From positions 111,228,001 through 111,292,000 of the forward strand of contig NC_042997.1 of assembly GCF_006345805.1 (NCBI RefSeq): a stretch of DNA of 64,000 nt, in the 5' to 3' direction. The DNA is from Octopus sinensis. Taxonomy: Eukaryota. Positions 12,508 through 26,614 of the stretch are shown piece by piece. Position numbers and translations under genes: made by a program. Within the stretch, counting starts at the first letter, position 1, and the number at the start of each line of letters is the position of its first letter. The notes under the pieces were generated by a model that was given only the letters and a program-made list of their open reading frames with translations, was not told where the DNA came from and ran no database searches.

Positions 12508-13506
12508 TAATAATATTAATATATATATATATATATTACTCTCTCCCACTCCACCTATATGTTATAAAACGTGACAGGAGAAACTTACCCACCAACCAAC
12601 CAACCAACCAACCAACATTTATATTGACAATTATTATAGAGAGATATTTAGTCTTGCTGTGAGACTAGGCCCAAGGAGGGGCTATTTCACCCTCATCTTT
12701 ACTGATATAACAGAATAGCTCATGAGACACACTCTCAACTTGTCTAATAATCGCAAACCTCAGCCATGTTAAAATTTCCTGCAGCAGACGACAATTTGAG
12801 GAGAACATAAATTGCAGAAATAACACCAGCGTCGCCTTACTAGCACTTGAGCCCCATGCTAATAGGGTGTTAAGAGCACCATCCGAGCATGATCGTTGCC
12901 AGAGCTGCTTAACTGGCTTCCATGCCGGTGGCATGTAAAAGGCATCATTCGAGCGTGATCGTTACCAGCATCGCCTTACTGGCATGTCTAAAAGATTTGA
13001 GTGAGGTCATTGCCAGTACTGCCTGACTGGCCCTCATGCCGGTGACACGTAAACTGCACCTACTATACTCTCAGAGTGGTTGGCATTAGGAAGGGCATCC
13101 AGCTGTAGAAACTCTGCCAGATCAAGATTGGGGTCTGGTGCAGCCATCTGGTACGCTAGCCCTCAGTCAAATCATCCAAAGCAGACGTTAAACAATGATG
13201 ATGATGATGATGAACAATGTAGCATACACCAAAATTACATTAAGTTATAGGAAACATACATACATACAAACGTGCGTATGTATGTACATACATACATGTG
13301 TGTGTCTGTGTGTGTGTCTTTATATGTGTGTGTGTAAGTGCAGGCGTGGCTGTGTGGTAAGAAAGTTGCTTCCCAACCACAGGGTTCCGTGTTCAGTCTC
13401 ACTGTGTGGCACCTTGGGCAAGTGTCTTTTACTATAGACTCAGGCCAACCAAAGCTTTGACAAGGGATTTGGTTGCTGGAAACTGAAAGAAGCCTGTCTT
13501 ATGCAT

Positions 13507-13552
<46 letters not shown>

Positions 13553-14230
13553 TGTGTGTGTGTGTGTGTGCGCGTTCATGCATGTTTGTGTGTGTATAGG
13601 TGCAGGTGTGGCTGTGTGGTCAGAAACTTGCTTCCCAACCACAGGTTTCCGGGTTCAGTCCTACTGCTTGTCACATGGGGCAAGTGTCTTTTACTATAAC
13701 CCCGGACCAACGAAAACTTTGTGAGCGGATTTAGTTGATGGAAACTGAAAGAAGCCCGTACTGTGTATACATATGTATGTGCGTGTGTGTGCATATATGT
13801 GTGTGTATATAGGGTGGTGATCATGGATGGGTGGGAGTCTGTTTCTGTTTGTCTCCCAACACCGCTTGACAACCGGTGTTGGTGTGTTTATGTCCCTGTA
13901 ACTTAACGGTTCAGCAAATGATCCCAATATCACCAGGCGTAAGGAAAGTAATGGGGTCAATTCGTTTGAGTAAATTTCTTCAAAGTAGTGCTCCAGCATG
14001 GTCCTAGTCTGATGATTGAAACAAGTAAAAGATGAAAGATTCTGAAATTCAGCGAAACCCATGAAACATTTCATTAAAATAATTATTTTAATTGCATTTC
14101 AATCAAACAGCGGTTGTCACCAAAACTATGACGGTTATCTATCTATCTGTCTGTCTGTCCGTCTGTCTGTCTGTTTGTCCGTCCGTCCATCCATCCATCC
14201 ATATCTGTCTGTCTCTCCATCCTTCTGTCA

Positions 14231-14284
<54 letters not shown>

Positions 14285-14420
14285 GCATCTATCTATCTAC
14301 CTAAACACACACACACATTCTTTAATCTTCAGTCTTTAAAATGTTTCAGCTTCAAAACTGCGGTCATACTGGGGCACCACCGTTGACTGGGTACACCATT
14401 ATTTGAAACCTCCTTATATA

Positions 14421-14792
14421 TCTCTATATATATAAATGGCAAAATGTCTGTCTGTGTGTGTGTGTATCCTTTATACAAATCCACAATTTTTCAGTCAAAT
14501 GGCTCACACTTTCTATGGTCATTCAAAACCGTCCAAGGGTGGTCATGCACATCTTTACATTTCCTTAGTCACCCTGCAAAGCCATTAAAAAATCAATAGA
14601 AGTGACTTTTTTGTGAATTTTCTATCCAAAACCCAATCAAAATGCCCGAAACTTGATATGCCAATTGAATGCCAGCTAGCTGTATGGGATTGGTCGGAGA
14701 TTTGGACAGTACTCGCGTGTATTTGCACATGCATGCAGCTGTATATGCATGCACTAGCACTATGACCCAGCATTGCCGGGTCATATTGCTAG
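14421..14792 (+). mobile_element. Non-autonomous Helitron-like element
   Basis: 5' TC(tatatatataaa); 3' hairpin tatgaccc-agcattgcc-gggtcata followed by CTAG|T. Confidence 0.65.
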
Positions 14793-14888
14793 TATATATA
14801 TAATCTATCTACTATCTATCTCTGTAATCTATCTATCTGTCTGTCTGTTGTTTGACTGTCTATCTGTATGTGTGTGTGTGCATGTATA

Positions 14889-15803
14889 TTGGGTCATCCC
14901 ATAAATAATGCATTTTTTTATACTTCTTTCATTTTTCAAAATTAAGATAAAGTTCTTTTTTAATCTAAAATATCCTTCGTTTTATACAATGCTCTTCCAT
15001 CTTTCTGGTAGACTTGCAAGGCCCCCTCCTACAAAATTTACTTGTATGTGATGAAAAATGCTCCTCCAGTACTGTTCTGACGTCATCTACAGAATTCATA
15101 TTTTTTCCGTTCAAAAGATTTTGAAGACTGCAAAATAAATGATAATCAGATGGTGCAATGTACGGCAAATATGGTGGGTGGAGCATTGTTTTGCATTCAA
15201 ACTGTTCCAGCCTTTGGAATGTCATCCCTGTTGTATGTAGCCGAGTATTATCCTGATGGAAGAACATCTTTCGTATTGAAACCAAAGGTGGTTGTTTTTC
15301 TTGTAGTGCTGACTTTAATGACTGGTTGAATGACCAAATCCAAACTTCTCTGCTAGTTCCTCAACACTTACGATGGGATTTTGTTCCACCAGGGTTTGCA
15401 TGATGTCCTCCTCAAGCTCTACAGATCTTCCAGAACAAGGCTCATCTTCTAGGCTGCAGTTTTTGGTTCAGAATTTCTGGGACCACCATTGACACTGGCT
15501 TACGCTTATTGTTCGATCCCCATATACTGCATTAATATTCCTCGCACTTTCCATTGCGTTGTTGCTTTTATTGAACCCATAAAGCAAAATATGCTGAATA
15601 TGCTCCTTTCTAACTTCCATTATAGCTTTGAAAAAATAACTGTTAAAATCGAACTGCACTCTTCAAAACTTGCACTAAGAATAAGGACAAGGTAAAATTA
15701 CTACCTGCTTTTATAGCAAGTTGATGCAGGTAGGTAATCCTGTCCCCCTCCGACTTTAAGTTCATGCAATTGAAAAGTCCACATTATATATGGGATGACC
15801 CAA
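14889..15803 (-). mobile_element. Internally deleted mariner (Tc1/mariner) element with transposase pseudogene
   Basis: TIRs ttgggtcatcccata..taatg at both ends with TA TSD; MEVRKEHIQHILLY HTH N-terminus; FHQDN..HPPYLPYIAPSDYHLF (HPPYSPDLAPSDYHLF-like) motif. Confidence 0.92.
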
Positions 15804-16247
15804 TATATATATATATATAATATATATATATATATATACTCTTTTACTTGTCATTTGACTGCGGCCATGCTGGAGCACGGCCTTTAGTCGAGCAAATCGA
15901 CCCCGGGTCTTATTCTTTGTAAGCCCAGTACTTATTTTATCGGTCTCTTTTGCCGAACCGCTAAGTGACGGGGATGTAAACACCAGCATCGGTTGTCAAG
16001 CAATGCTAGGGGGACAAACACAGACACACAAATACATACACACACATACATATATATGACAGGCTTCTTTCAGTTTCCGTCTACCAAATCCACTCACAAG
16101 GCATTGGTCGGCCCGAGGCTATAGCAGAAGACACTTGCCCAAGATGCCACGCAGTGGGACTGAACCCGGAACAATGTGGTTGGTTAGCAGCTACTTACCA
16201 CACAGCCACTCCTGCGCCTATAAAATATATATATATATATATATATA

Positions 16248-16306
<59 letters not shown>

Positions 16307-16339
16307 TATTATATATATATGTATATACATATGTATATT

Positions 16340-16850
16340 AGAAGGTTTGGAGATGATGTACAGGTATTTTATATTAAAAGAAATGAGGTACTCAGAAATT
16401 CGGATGGTTTTATATTTACAGATATTTATTAGTATGTTACATGTTTTTATACATCATATAACATATATTAGCGCTTTCGTCCATTCTAGTGGAGTTTTCA
16501 AATTGAACTAAGTTCTTGCAGAAAATTCAACTCTTTTTATAGTGTTATTGAGTGTGTAGTGGTGGGGAGGGATATAAGATAGTACAAGAGGGTGATGAAT
16601 GGGGAAAAAGTGAGAGAGAGCATGTGTGTGCGTGTGTGTATGTGTGTGCGTATGTGTGTGTGTGTGTTTTTGTATCTGAAAGATTGTTAAAGAAAAAGAA
16701 GGGAAGGAAGAAAAGGGAGAAAAAGAAGAAAAAAATTTTTTGTTGATCTCTTTGTAGCTGGTCAGGTTGGTAATAATAATAGACTGTTTACTCCAAGGGG
16801 GGTAAAATGTCACTTTTCAAAAAATTGTTTGGATTTGTTTTTTATCATTC
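16340..16850. repeat. Unclassified dispersed repeat
   Basis: Homologous to 24960-25600 (gaaat(g/a)aggtactcagaaat..ggatggttttatatttacagat..gatataagatagtacaagagggtga); the second copy has an internal duplication of about 150 bp. Confidence 0.7.
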
Positions 16851-17594
16851 ATCATCATTATCATCATCATCGTTTATGAAGCGATGTTTACTGTCGTTCG
16901 ATCTGACTCATCATAAAACGAATCATCATCATATCATCATCGTTTAACGTCCGCTTTCCATGCTAGCATGGGTTGGACGATTTGACTGAGGGCTGGCGAA
17001 CCAGATGGGTGCACCAGGCTCCAATCTTGATTTGGCAGAGTTTCTACAGCTGGATGCCCTTCCTAACGCCAACCACTCCGAGAGTGTAGTGGGTTCTTTT
17101 TACGTGCCACCGGCTCAGGGGCCAGTCAGGCAGTACTGGCAATGACCTCGCTTGAATGTTTTTACACATGCCACCAGCACAGGTTCCAGTAAGGCAACGT
17201 TGGTAACGATCACGCTCGAAAGGTGCCCTTTTACGTGCCACTGGCACGAAAGTTAGTTGGCTGCTCTGGCAACGATCATGCTTGGATGGTGCTCTTGGCA
17301 CCCTACCAGCATGGGCTCAAGTGCCAGTAAGGCAACGCTGGTAATGATCACGCTTGAATGATGCGCTTTATGTGCCACTGGCACGGAAGCTGGTTAGCCG
17401 GTCTGTCAATGATCACGCTCATATGGTGCTCTTTGCACCCTGCTAGCACAGACGCCAGTGATCGAATTTGATTTTAATTTTGATTTTGCTTTTGATTGAT
17501 TTCACTTGCCTCAACAGGTCTTCGCAAGCAGAGTTTTAGTGTCAAAGAAGGAAAAGAGATTATGGTTTCATTTGGTTTGCTGGGTCTTCTCACG

Positions 17595-17664
<70 letters not shown>

Positions 17665-18284
17665 AATATATATATATATATAAAGAATGACTTGAGACAC
17701 TCGTTCTGACTTGGTTTTAATTTTTCCTCTAATATATATATAATGTAGATAGGGTCAAAATCCAAGCCGTGTTCTCTTGAAGTTCAACTGCTTATTTAAG
17801 AAAACTGGATTGAAAATATGTGGAAGCTCGTTGCATAAGTATATACGTTTGTGTGAGTCAGTCTGAGCCCTTGTGCCTTTTTGTCTGCTCCCACACCATT
17901 TGAAATCTGGTATTGTTTTGTTCACACCTCTATAACTTAGCAGTCCAGTAAATAAGTCCATCAAATAATAGAATAGATACCAGGCTTAAAAACAAATAAA
18001 AATAGTGGTGTTGACCTGTTCAGCGGAAACGTTCAATGCAGTGCTCCACTATGGCTGTGGTCTAATGATTTAAACAAGTAAAAAATTATTTTAAAATAAG
18101 CATGTGTGTATAGATGAATGTGTACACATACATATATACACTTAGACATTCATACATACATACATATGAACATATGTATGTATGTATACATTTAAGTATG
18201 TATGAGCATCAAACTAATATACCTTGTTGGCTGTTCTCTCACCTATGTCTGCCTTTTGTTTTGTTTTTTGAATAATTTTGAACC

Positions 18285-18330
<46 letters not shown>

Positions 18331-18736
18331 TTCATTCACTAGAACACCTGTCTGTGTTTGCATTGTCTTTGCATGGGGTCTATCCGGACTCCTGCCTTTG
18401 CCCGTAAACTGGAATTAATCTTCACTCTTCACTTCTTTGTGCCACATGGTCTCAACTCCTCTCCTCTCTTCATCTGACACCTACATCCTCTCTTCACTCC
18501 TATCCACCTTGCCTCTTCATTGATACCCCTCAACCTCACCCCATAAACACATAACCCACCCCTACCCCAGCATCTCCACCCCACATTCCCACCCTCTAAT
18601 CCCCCCACAACCCACCCCACACCACACACTATCATCAGGACACCCACACATTACAGACGCACACACTTACAAACACACACATCCACATGTCAGAGTCACT
18701 AGCCCCTATTCACATACATGCACACTTACACACTAT

Positions 18737-18779
<43 letters not shown>

Positions 18780-19162
18780 GCACGTGCATCTTCATTTTGG
18801 GATCCTCTTCTCTCTACCTCTCCTATCAAGCCTTTTTTTCCCCAACCCACTGCCATGCTTGATCGCTAAATCCACAAGTTTTTTTTATTCTCTCTCTCTT
18901 TATTTTCTCTTATTCCTTTGTGTTGAAGAGTGTAGGCTCGCATCGCAAAAGACTTTCTCATGTTCCCAAGCGTCAAACTGATATACCTGTCTTCATCTTT
19001 CATTTTACTGTACATTTTGACTGTATATATATATATATGTATATATATATATTTATATATAGATAGATAGATACATACATACATACATACACACACACAT
19101 ATAAAAGTGTCCAAATATTGGGACATGAGTTTTGCGATGCCTTTGTAGCTTTATTAATAAAG

Positions 19163-19198
<36 letters not shown>

Positions 19199-20106
19199 AT
19201 ATATATATATATAAATATAAATGTATGTTTTATATATATATATGCATGTTATATATATATATAAATAAACAGTGCTGGTGGCATGTAAAAAGCACCCACT
19301 ACACTCATGGAGTGGTTGGCATTAGGAAGGGCATCCAGCTGTAGAAACACTGCCAGATCAGACTGGAGCCTGGCGCAGCCTCCTGGCTTTCCAGACCCCG
19401 GTCGAATCGTCCAACCCATGCTAGCATGGAAAGCGGACGTTAAACGATGATGATGATGAGATATATATATACATACATACATATATATTTGTCGGTCTGT
19501 TACCAGATTTGGAGTGGTTTTCCGATCGACTTTAATTAAACTTCAATCCACGTTTCTGCTTCTAACATTTGTCTCTTTTCTGCAAACAGAATTGTTTGCG
19601 AACCAGTATTTACTTAGATTCCATCAACATTTTATTTTGCCTTGTTAAAAACGACCCCATACACCGCCGCCGCCGCCGCCACCACCACCACCACCACCAC
19701 CACCACCACACCACCAACAACAACAGCAACAAAAACAACAGCAATAACAACAAGCAACAATAAACCATAAAGAAGAAAATGTGTTGTTATTTTTTCTTTT
19801 ATTGTTTATTCCGAAGTAATAAAAAAATTATTGGAAATAAAGATGTCTGGATATTTTTAATAGCATTGTATTCTGCTAAAAGAATTGACAAAGCGTTTAT
19901 CATCGGTCGTCAGGCTCTTTGACAAGATTTCATAGCTATTTATTCACAAGATTCTTCCCTATATCGAAGAATATAGGTGAATAATATTGGTAGAATCGCA
20001 AAACGGATATATTAGTGCAACATCACCTGTTGTCATTGGTTGCAACAACAAATGACATTGATTTCATATGATATATATATGTATATATGTGTGTGTATGT
20101 GTATAT

Positions 20107-20152
<46 letters not shown>

Positions 20153-20159
20153 TATATAT

Positions 20160-20211
<52 letters not shown>

Positions 20212-20302
20212 TTTATAGAAGGAGTATTGAGTACCTTATTTACTGTGGTTAACCCCGACTCAACCCGGGACCTACATATATATATATAATATACATATAT
20301 AT

Positions 20303-20977
20303 ATACTAGCAGTATACCCGGCCTTGCATGGGATTAAGTTACAATTATTAAGCTTATCAAGTTCTTTATTTCAAACCAAACTAAGTAATATAGACGTCAA
20401 ATTTGGGCGAAATCCGTTGAAATTAGTTATATTATATATATTATATATTTATAATATAATATAAGTATATATAGGCAACATACACGAACACACATGCACA
20501 CGTACGTACGTACACCTATTGCAAGTTTTGTGCACGCATACATGTTCATAAACAGAAACGAATGGAAAAAATGTTGTTAAATTTCTAGATTAACACTCGC
20601 ACAATTTTCACTAAAAAAAAATCGTTTTTTTTTGCATGGAATCAACTACTCTGGCCTCAAAACCCTTTTTGTGGTCTGTAAAGCAGAGTGGAGTGTGGTG
20701 GAAGCCTCGCAAAAATTGTTACTCACTTCTTTGTTTCTTTGTTGTTAAATAAATGGATTGTCAACAAAACACTTTTTTACTCGGTGTAAAATAGAAACAA
20801 AACTCTTTCGCACCCAAAGTAATGTGTGTGAGAGAGAGAAGAGGTAGAAAGATGAATGATTTAAAATAAATATATTGTAATTGTTGTGTGAGAAAGTATA
20901 TATACTATGATTATAAAATATAGTGTGTCTTTCAAAACAAAAAACAAAACATTTTACATTTTATTTTTTATGAACGT

Positions 20978-21021
<44 letters not shown>

Positions 21022-21599
21022 ACTTTGTCTTTCCTGTCTTTTTCTTTGGTTTCTGAATTACTACATTTAGCGATTTGAGTTTGGCTGCTCGTTTTAGTGA
21101 GTCGAATGGCCTATCAAGGCCATTCCTTAATATTATTTAGTGAGTCGAATGGCCTATCAAGGGCATTCCTTAATATTATTGTTGAATGTACATTATATAG
21201 TCTGTTGACTATTTTTTCTTTCTAACCAGACCGCTGGTGGCGAAAAAATTTCTTTTGAATTTTTTGCTACCCTGATATTGATTAATTAATGATTTTTTGG
21301 CTAATTCTGAAATTAAATCAGCAGTTTATATTTGCTGCTGATAAGTTGGCACGATGACGCTAGATTTTGAAAGTTTAGAGTATATATTCCCGAGGCATCG
21401 ATGCTGTTGCCTCGTGAAATACATATTCCCCGTGGCTTCTTTGCCGATGAGACGGGCCAGTGGTAAATTGATTTAATTAAATTAAATTTAATTTAATTGA
21501 GCTGGTTTGCCAAAAATGTACGTCGAAACTATGCATAGTCCAAAGATGATAAGGGTAAATGTTTTTAATTTTCCTTTGGTTTCTGAATTAATATTATTG

Positions 21600-21600
<1 letters not shown>
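20303..21600 (-). mobile_element. Possible non-autonomous Helitron-like element (3' end at 20306; 5' end uncertain)
   Basis: actagcagtatacccggccttgcatggg is the reverse complement of a hairpin+CTAG terminus similar to 14760-14792; contains a 44-bp tandem duplication at about 21095-21180. Confidence 0.35.
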
Positions 21601-21648
<48 letters not shown>

Positions 21649-22095
21649 TTATATACATATATATATATACATTTATATATATGTCAGCCGAAATTGCGAG
21701 GATGATCCGGTTCTTAACTGAAGATTAGAGGCTTTGAATGACCCATCCGTTCTTTGTGTCGTCTATTTGAATGTTTTGTGTTCTTGTCCCATTTTGTATT
21801 TTTTTATATATATTTTTTATACAAATATATATATAATTTCAGCAAAAATAATTAAGATTCAAATGAATTCAAATGAATTCAAATGAATATGGTACTTAAC
21901 TTAGATGCACCAGAATTCTTTATGGTATTAACCATAAAATTATGTGGGGCGATTATAACCAAGAAAAAAGCAACAAGAATGGATCGGTAGATTAGTACAA
22001 TTGTTTCATACTATAAACATTTTATTTCAAGCTGCAAATATTACAGCAAATATAATGTCAAGTATTCACGAACTAAATCTCATATAGGTTTTCCA

Positions 22096-23778
22096 ATTAA
22101 GTTCTTTAAAGATTTTAACCTTATCATAACTTATGAACCTGGCACTAAGATAGTCAATTTCCTGGATATTACCTTAGACCTTAACTCTAAGCTACATTAC
22201 CCATTTAGAAAGGAAGGTGAAATCACTAGATACGTAAATAAATTTTCTAATCATCCCCCTAATATAATAAAATCTTTGGTTAGAAATATTTCCCTAAGAA
22301 TTTCCAAACTGTCATCTAATAATGATATATTTAACTCTCACTCTAAACATTATAATACAGCATTATCTAAAGCGGGATATAACCAGGAAATTACCTTTCT
22401 TGGTAAGGAGAGCTTGCATCTTCCTAAAAATGAAGAGAACGTTAACTACGTAAACAAGAATATAGATCGTGCCCAATATAAAAATAGATTTATGGTGACG
22501 AAGAATCCAGTGTGCAAACCAAATCATAAGAATAAAAATGTTGACCAGAACATAAGTAACTTTGATAAAACTAATCTAGATAAATCTAAAAAACATACAA
22601 ATAAAAGTAATACGAATAATAACTCTCGTGGGGGTAGTAATAATTCATTTAACCCTAAATCTAATTTAAGAAAATATAATAAAGAAAATATCATCTGGTT
22701 AAATGTTCCTTTCAACTGGCCGCTTTTATTGGATATATATGGCAAATTCAAATCTATACTATAAAAAAATTTTCCAACCTCTCATAAATGTCATAGAATA
22801 ATTTCTAAGAGAACAGTTAGGATTTCTGACTCAATCCTCCCAAGTATGTCCACAATAATAGCTAGAATTAATAATAAAAACATTAAGTCAGCCAGGAGTA
22901 ATAAGACTAATATCAACATGAATACCAATAATAATTGTAATAATAGTATCATAAATAAAAATAAAAATGATAATGATAATAATAATTATCAAAATGAGAG
23001 CAGCATCAACAGCAATAATATAAATAATATTAATAGAAATAATAATAATGATAATATTATGGAAAATACAAATAAAAATAATATCGGGAATGAGGATAAC
23101 AATTATATCTATAGCAGTAATAAGTATTCAGATATAAATACAAACAATAATAATAGCAATACCAATAATGTAGTTAATTGTGATATGGTTATGGTAGATC
23201 TAAACGATAGTGTAAACGGATGGATAAATAGTAACCCAACTTCAGATAACAATATTACCTATAATAACGAAAATAATACTCGTAATAACTTGAATAGCAG
23301 CAATGTGAGAGGTCTGTCCTTAAATAATTATAAATCTGAAAATTATCCCCCTAGTTGCAATTGTAGGATTAAGTCAAAATGTCCGGCATCTGGTTGGTGT
23401 TCGGTCCATAATGTAATCTATAAATGTACTATAACAACTTTGAATAGTAAATTTTTTTACCTGGGTTGTACTATAAATTTTAAACAGAGAATTAATAACC
23501 ATATCTCATCTTTTCGGCTAGATCATAAAGCTGGTTGCACAACACTTTCCAGTAAAATTTGGGAACTCAAAACTAATAATATTAAATATAACCTAAAATG
23601 GGAAATAGTTAGAAAGGCAGTACCTTATAGAAATAATAGAGTGGGTTGTCAACTCTGTTCCATGGAGACATATGAGATTCTAATGCATAGAAAAAATAAA
23701 AATCTACTAAATAACCGTATAGAGTTGGGTCCCTCTTGCATTCACTCAAAAATCAAAACTCTAAAATATCTCAAATAG
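22096..23778 (+). pseudogene. PLE RT C-terminus/thumb, Asn-rich linker and C-terminal GIY-YIG endonuclease (one in-frame TAA at 22762)
   Basis: KIVNFLDITLDLN..YVNKFSNHPPNIIKSL..Y..AL.KAGY; CNC..KCPASGWC..VIYKC..YLGCT..FKQRINNH..LSSKIWELK..WEIV..CQLC..LN.R.E..CIH. The two track ORFs 22276 and 22846 are in the same frame. Confidence 0.9.
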
Positions 23779-24704
23779 AAATTTGCAAGTTCTCCTACTG
23801 TTGTTCTTTCTAACTTGCATCTTTTAAAATAAATAAATAAATAGTATTTGTACTATGCTAATTTTTAATTGACTTTATAGTCAATTTAATTAACCTTACT
23901 TAAATCATATAAACTGCTAATCTTTCCTAATTCTATTCTAAATTTAACATGTAATACTATTCTCTTAGTGATACATTTGATTTTCACTATGAATTTTGAA
24001 TAAGTAAGATTCCTCTACCATTTGCTATTGAATTTATTTAACCTCTAGATGTTGACCTAAATTCCTTCTTACCATATATAAACATAAGTTAAAATAGAAA
24101 CAATAATAAATAAATAACCTTCTATTCTAGTGTTAACCTTAATTTTATTACTGTATCTCCCTCTACTGATAACCTATGACCCCCTTTAGTGCTTTCCTTT
24201 GATCTTCCTGTATTCTCAATCCCACCATTAATTCTATGAGTTTCTCAGTTCAAAGCTAGTGGTGGTCAAACTTACAGTTCTTTTATGAATTTAAGATTCC
24301 TTCTACACTGACCTAGATTTTCTGTCACCATAGATATAAACTGACCTTTGTATGTGGTATCTTTATTCCTTCTTACATCCCCATTTCTTTTCTCTTGATG
24401 TCTTTTGCTTTAGCTAAACCTACCTCACTGTCTTTCTTGCTACTATAGAATTTAGTCTGCAACAGTTAGATGCGAACTTAACCGTGGTATGACCAACATC
24501 TTTCCTCATGCCTCTTGGAACTTATACCCACATTTTTATGAGTAGATTTATCTTCTCTGGGATATCAATAATCAATTTTAAAAACTTTGTATTGTTGGAA
24601 AACATATATAGTCTGCTTGGAATCTTACTTCAGATTCATGGAACTCACTGCTATAACTTCATAAGGATATTTACACTCTCTAAGATATTTGGAAAACCTA
24701 TATG

Positions 24705-24797
24705 TGATTTATCTGATGAATACTTGACATTATATTTGCTGTAATATTTGCAGTTTGAAATAAAATGTTTATAGTATGAAACAATTGTACTAATCTA
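24705..24797 (+). ncRNA. Type I hammerhead ribozyme motif in the Naiad pLTR
   Basis: CTGATGA(24713)-atact-[about 48 nt]-agtat-GAAAC-AATT-GTA; stem I is imperfect in this copy. Confidence 0.6.
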
Positions 24798-24845
24798 CCG
24801 ATCCATTCTTGTTGCTTTTTTTCTTGGTTATATATATATATACAC

Positions 24846-24945
<100 letters not shown>

Positions 24946-25604
24946 CATTTTTATATATATATTAGAAGAAATAAGGTACTCAGAAATCTGGATGGTTTTA
25001 TATTTACAGATTTTTATTAATATGTCACATCATATATTAGTGCTTGCGTCCACTCTAGTGGAGTTGTCAGATTGAAATTTTTCAAGAATTTTATCTTTTT
25101 TTATAGTATTATTGAGTGTGTAGAGGTGCAGAGAGATATAAGATAGTACAAGAGGGTGAGGAATGGGGAGAAAGTGAGAGAGAGTGTGCGTGTGTGTGTA
25201 TGTGCGCATGTGTGTGGGTGTCTGTGTATCTGAAAGGAGTGCCAATGGAAAAGAGAAGGAAAGAAAGAAGGAAGGAAGAGAGAAAGAAGAAAAAATGTGT
25301 TGATATCTTTGCAGCTGGTCACTTCTTTCAATAGAAAATGAGTCTTGGCTTTTAGAAATAGCAAACCCAGGTGGCCACTCCAAGGACGGTAACTGTTATT
25401 TTTCAAAATACTGTCTGGATTTCTTTTTATCATTTTCTTATGAGAGTGTGTGTGTGGGTGTCTGTGTATCTGAAAGGAGTGTCAATAGAAAAGAGAAGGA
25501 AAGAAAGAAGGAAGAGGGAAAGAAGAAAAAATATGTGTTGACATCTTTGCAGCAGGTTAGTTCTTTCAATAGAAAATGATTCTTGGCTTTTAGAAATGAA
25601 GCCA

Positions 25605-26525
25605 GTATGATGGATGTGTAATGTCAGTGCGCATACTTGACAGAGTGTAAGTACCTTGAGAGAAAAGTCGGACCTAAGAAGCATCAGATGTGGTGTGCAA
25701 GAGAGACGACTGCGCTGGAATTGCCATGTGGCGAGAATGGATATGGACAGCTGTGTGAAAAAGTGTCACACCCTAGTGATTGAGGGAACCTGTGAAAGAG
25801 GTAGACCCAGGAAGACCTGGGATGAGGTGGTGAAGCATGACCTTCAAACATTGGGCCTCACCCAAGCAATGACTAGTGACCAGGACCTCTGGAAATATGC
25901 TGTGCTTGAGAAGACTCGGCAAGCACAAGTGAGACCATAACCTTGTGGCCTATGCCAGGGGTGTAACCAACCCACTTATGCGTACCTTTTCTTCATTGGA
26001 CACTAAACTCTGCTTGCGAAGACCTGTTGAGACATGTGAAATCGAAATCGAAATCGAAATCAAATTCGATGACTGGCATCCGTGCTAGTGGAGAGTTAAG
26101 AACACCATCCGAGCGTAATCGTTGCCAGAGTAACAAGCTGGCCTCCGTGCTGGTGGCACGTAAAAAACACCATTCAATCGTGATCGTTACCTGCATCGCC
26201 TTACTGGCACTTGTGCTGGTGGCACGTGAAAGACATCTGAGCGAGGTCGTTTCCAGTGCCGCTGGACTGGCTCCTGTGCAGGTGGAACATAAAAAACAGC
26301 ATTTGAGTGTGGCCGTTGTCAGTACCGCCTGACTGACCCTCATGCCGGTGGCATGTAAAAGCACCCACTACATTTTCGGAGTGGTTGGCATTAGGAAGGG
26401 CATCCAGCTGTAGAAACTCTGCCAGATCAGATTGAAGCCTGTTGCAGCCATCTGGTTCGCTAGACCTCAGTCAAATCGTCCAACCCATGCTAGCATGGAA
26501 AGTGGACGTTAAACGATGATGATGA
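25605..26525 (+). mobile_element. 5'-truncated RTE LINE (ORF C-terminus + repeat-rich 3' UTR + (GAT)n tail)
   Basis: RSIRCGVQERRLRWNCHVARM..GRPRKTWDEVVKHDL; terminus ggacgttaaacgatgatgatga. Confidence 0.9.
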
Positions 26526-26567
<42 letters not shown>

Positions 26568-26614
26568 GTTTCGAAGAAAGGATTGGGATTATTCCGGAGA
26601 GAATAAAAATGATG

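Larger units (their letters stand above)
21955..24825 (+). mobile_element. 5'-truncated Naiad-type Penelope-like retroelement with inverted terminal pLTR fragment
   Basis: RT thumb + GIY-YIG ORF at 22096-23778, about 900-nt 3' UTR, hammerhead at 24713. About 21955-22095 is an inverted copy of about 24690-24825. Confidence 0.88.
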
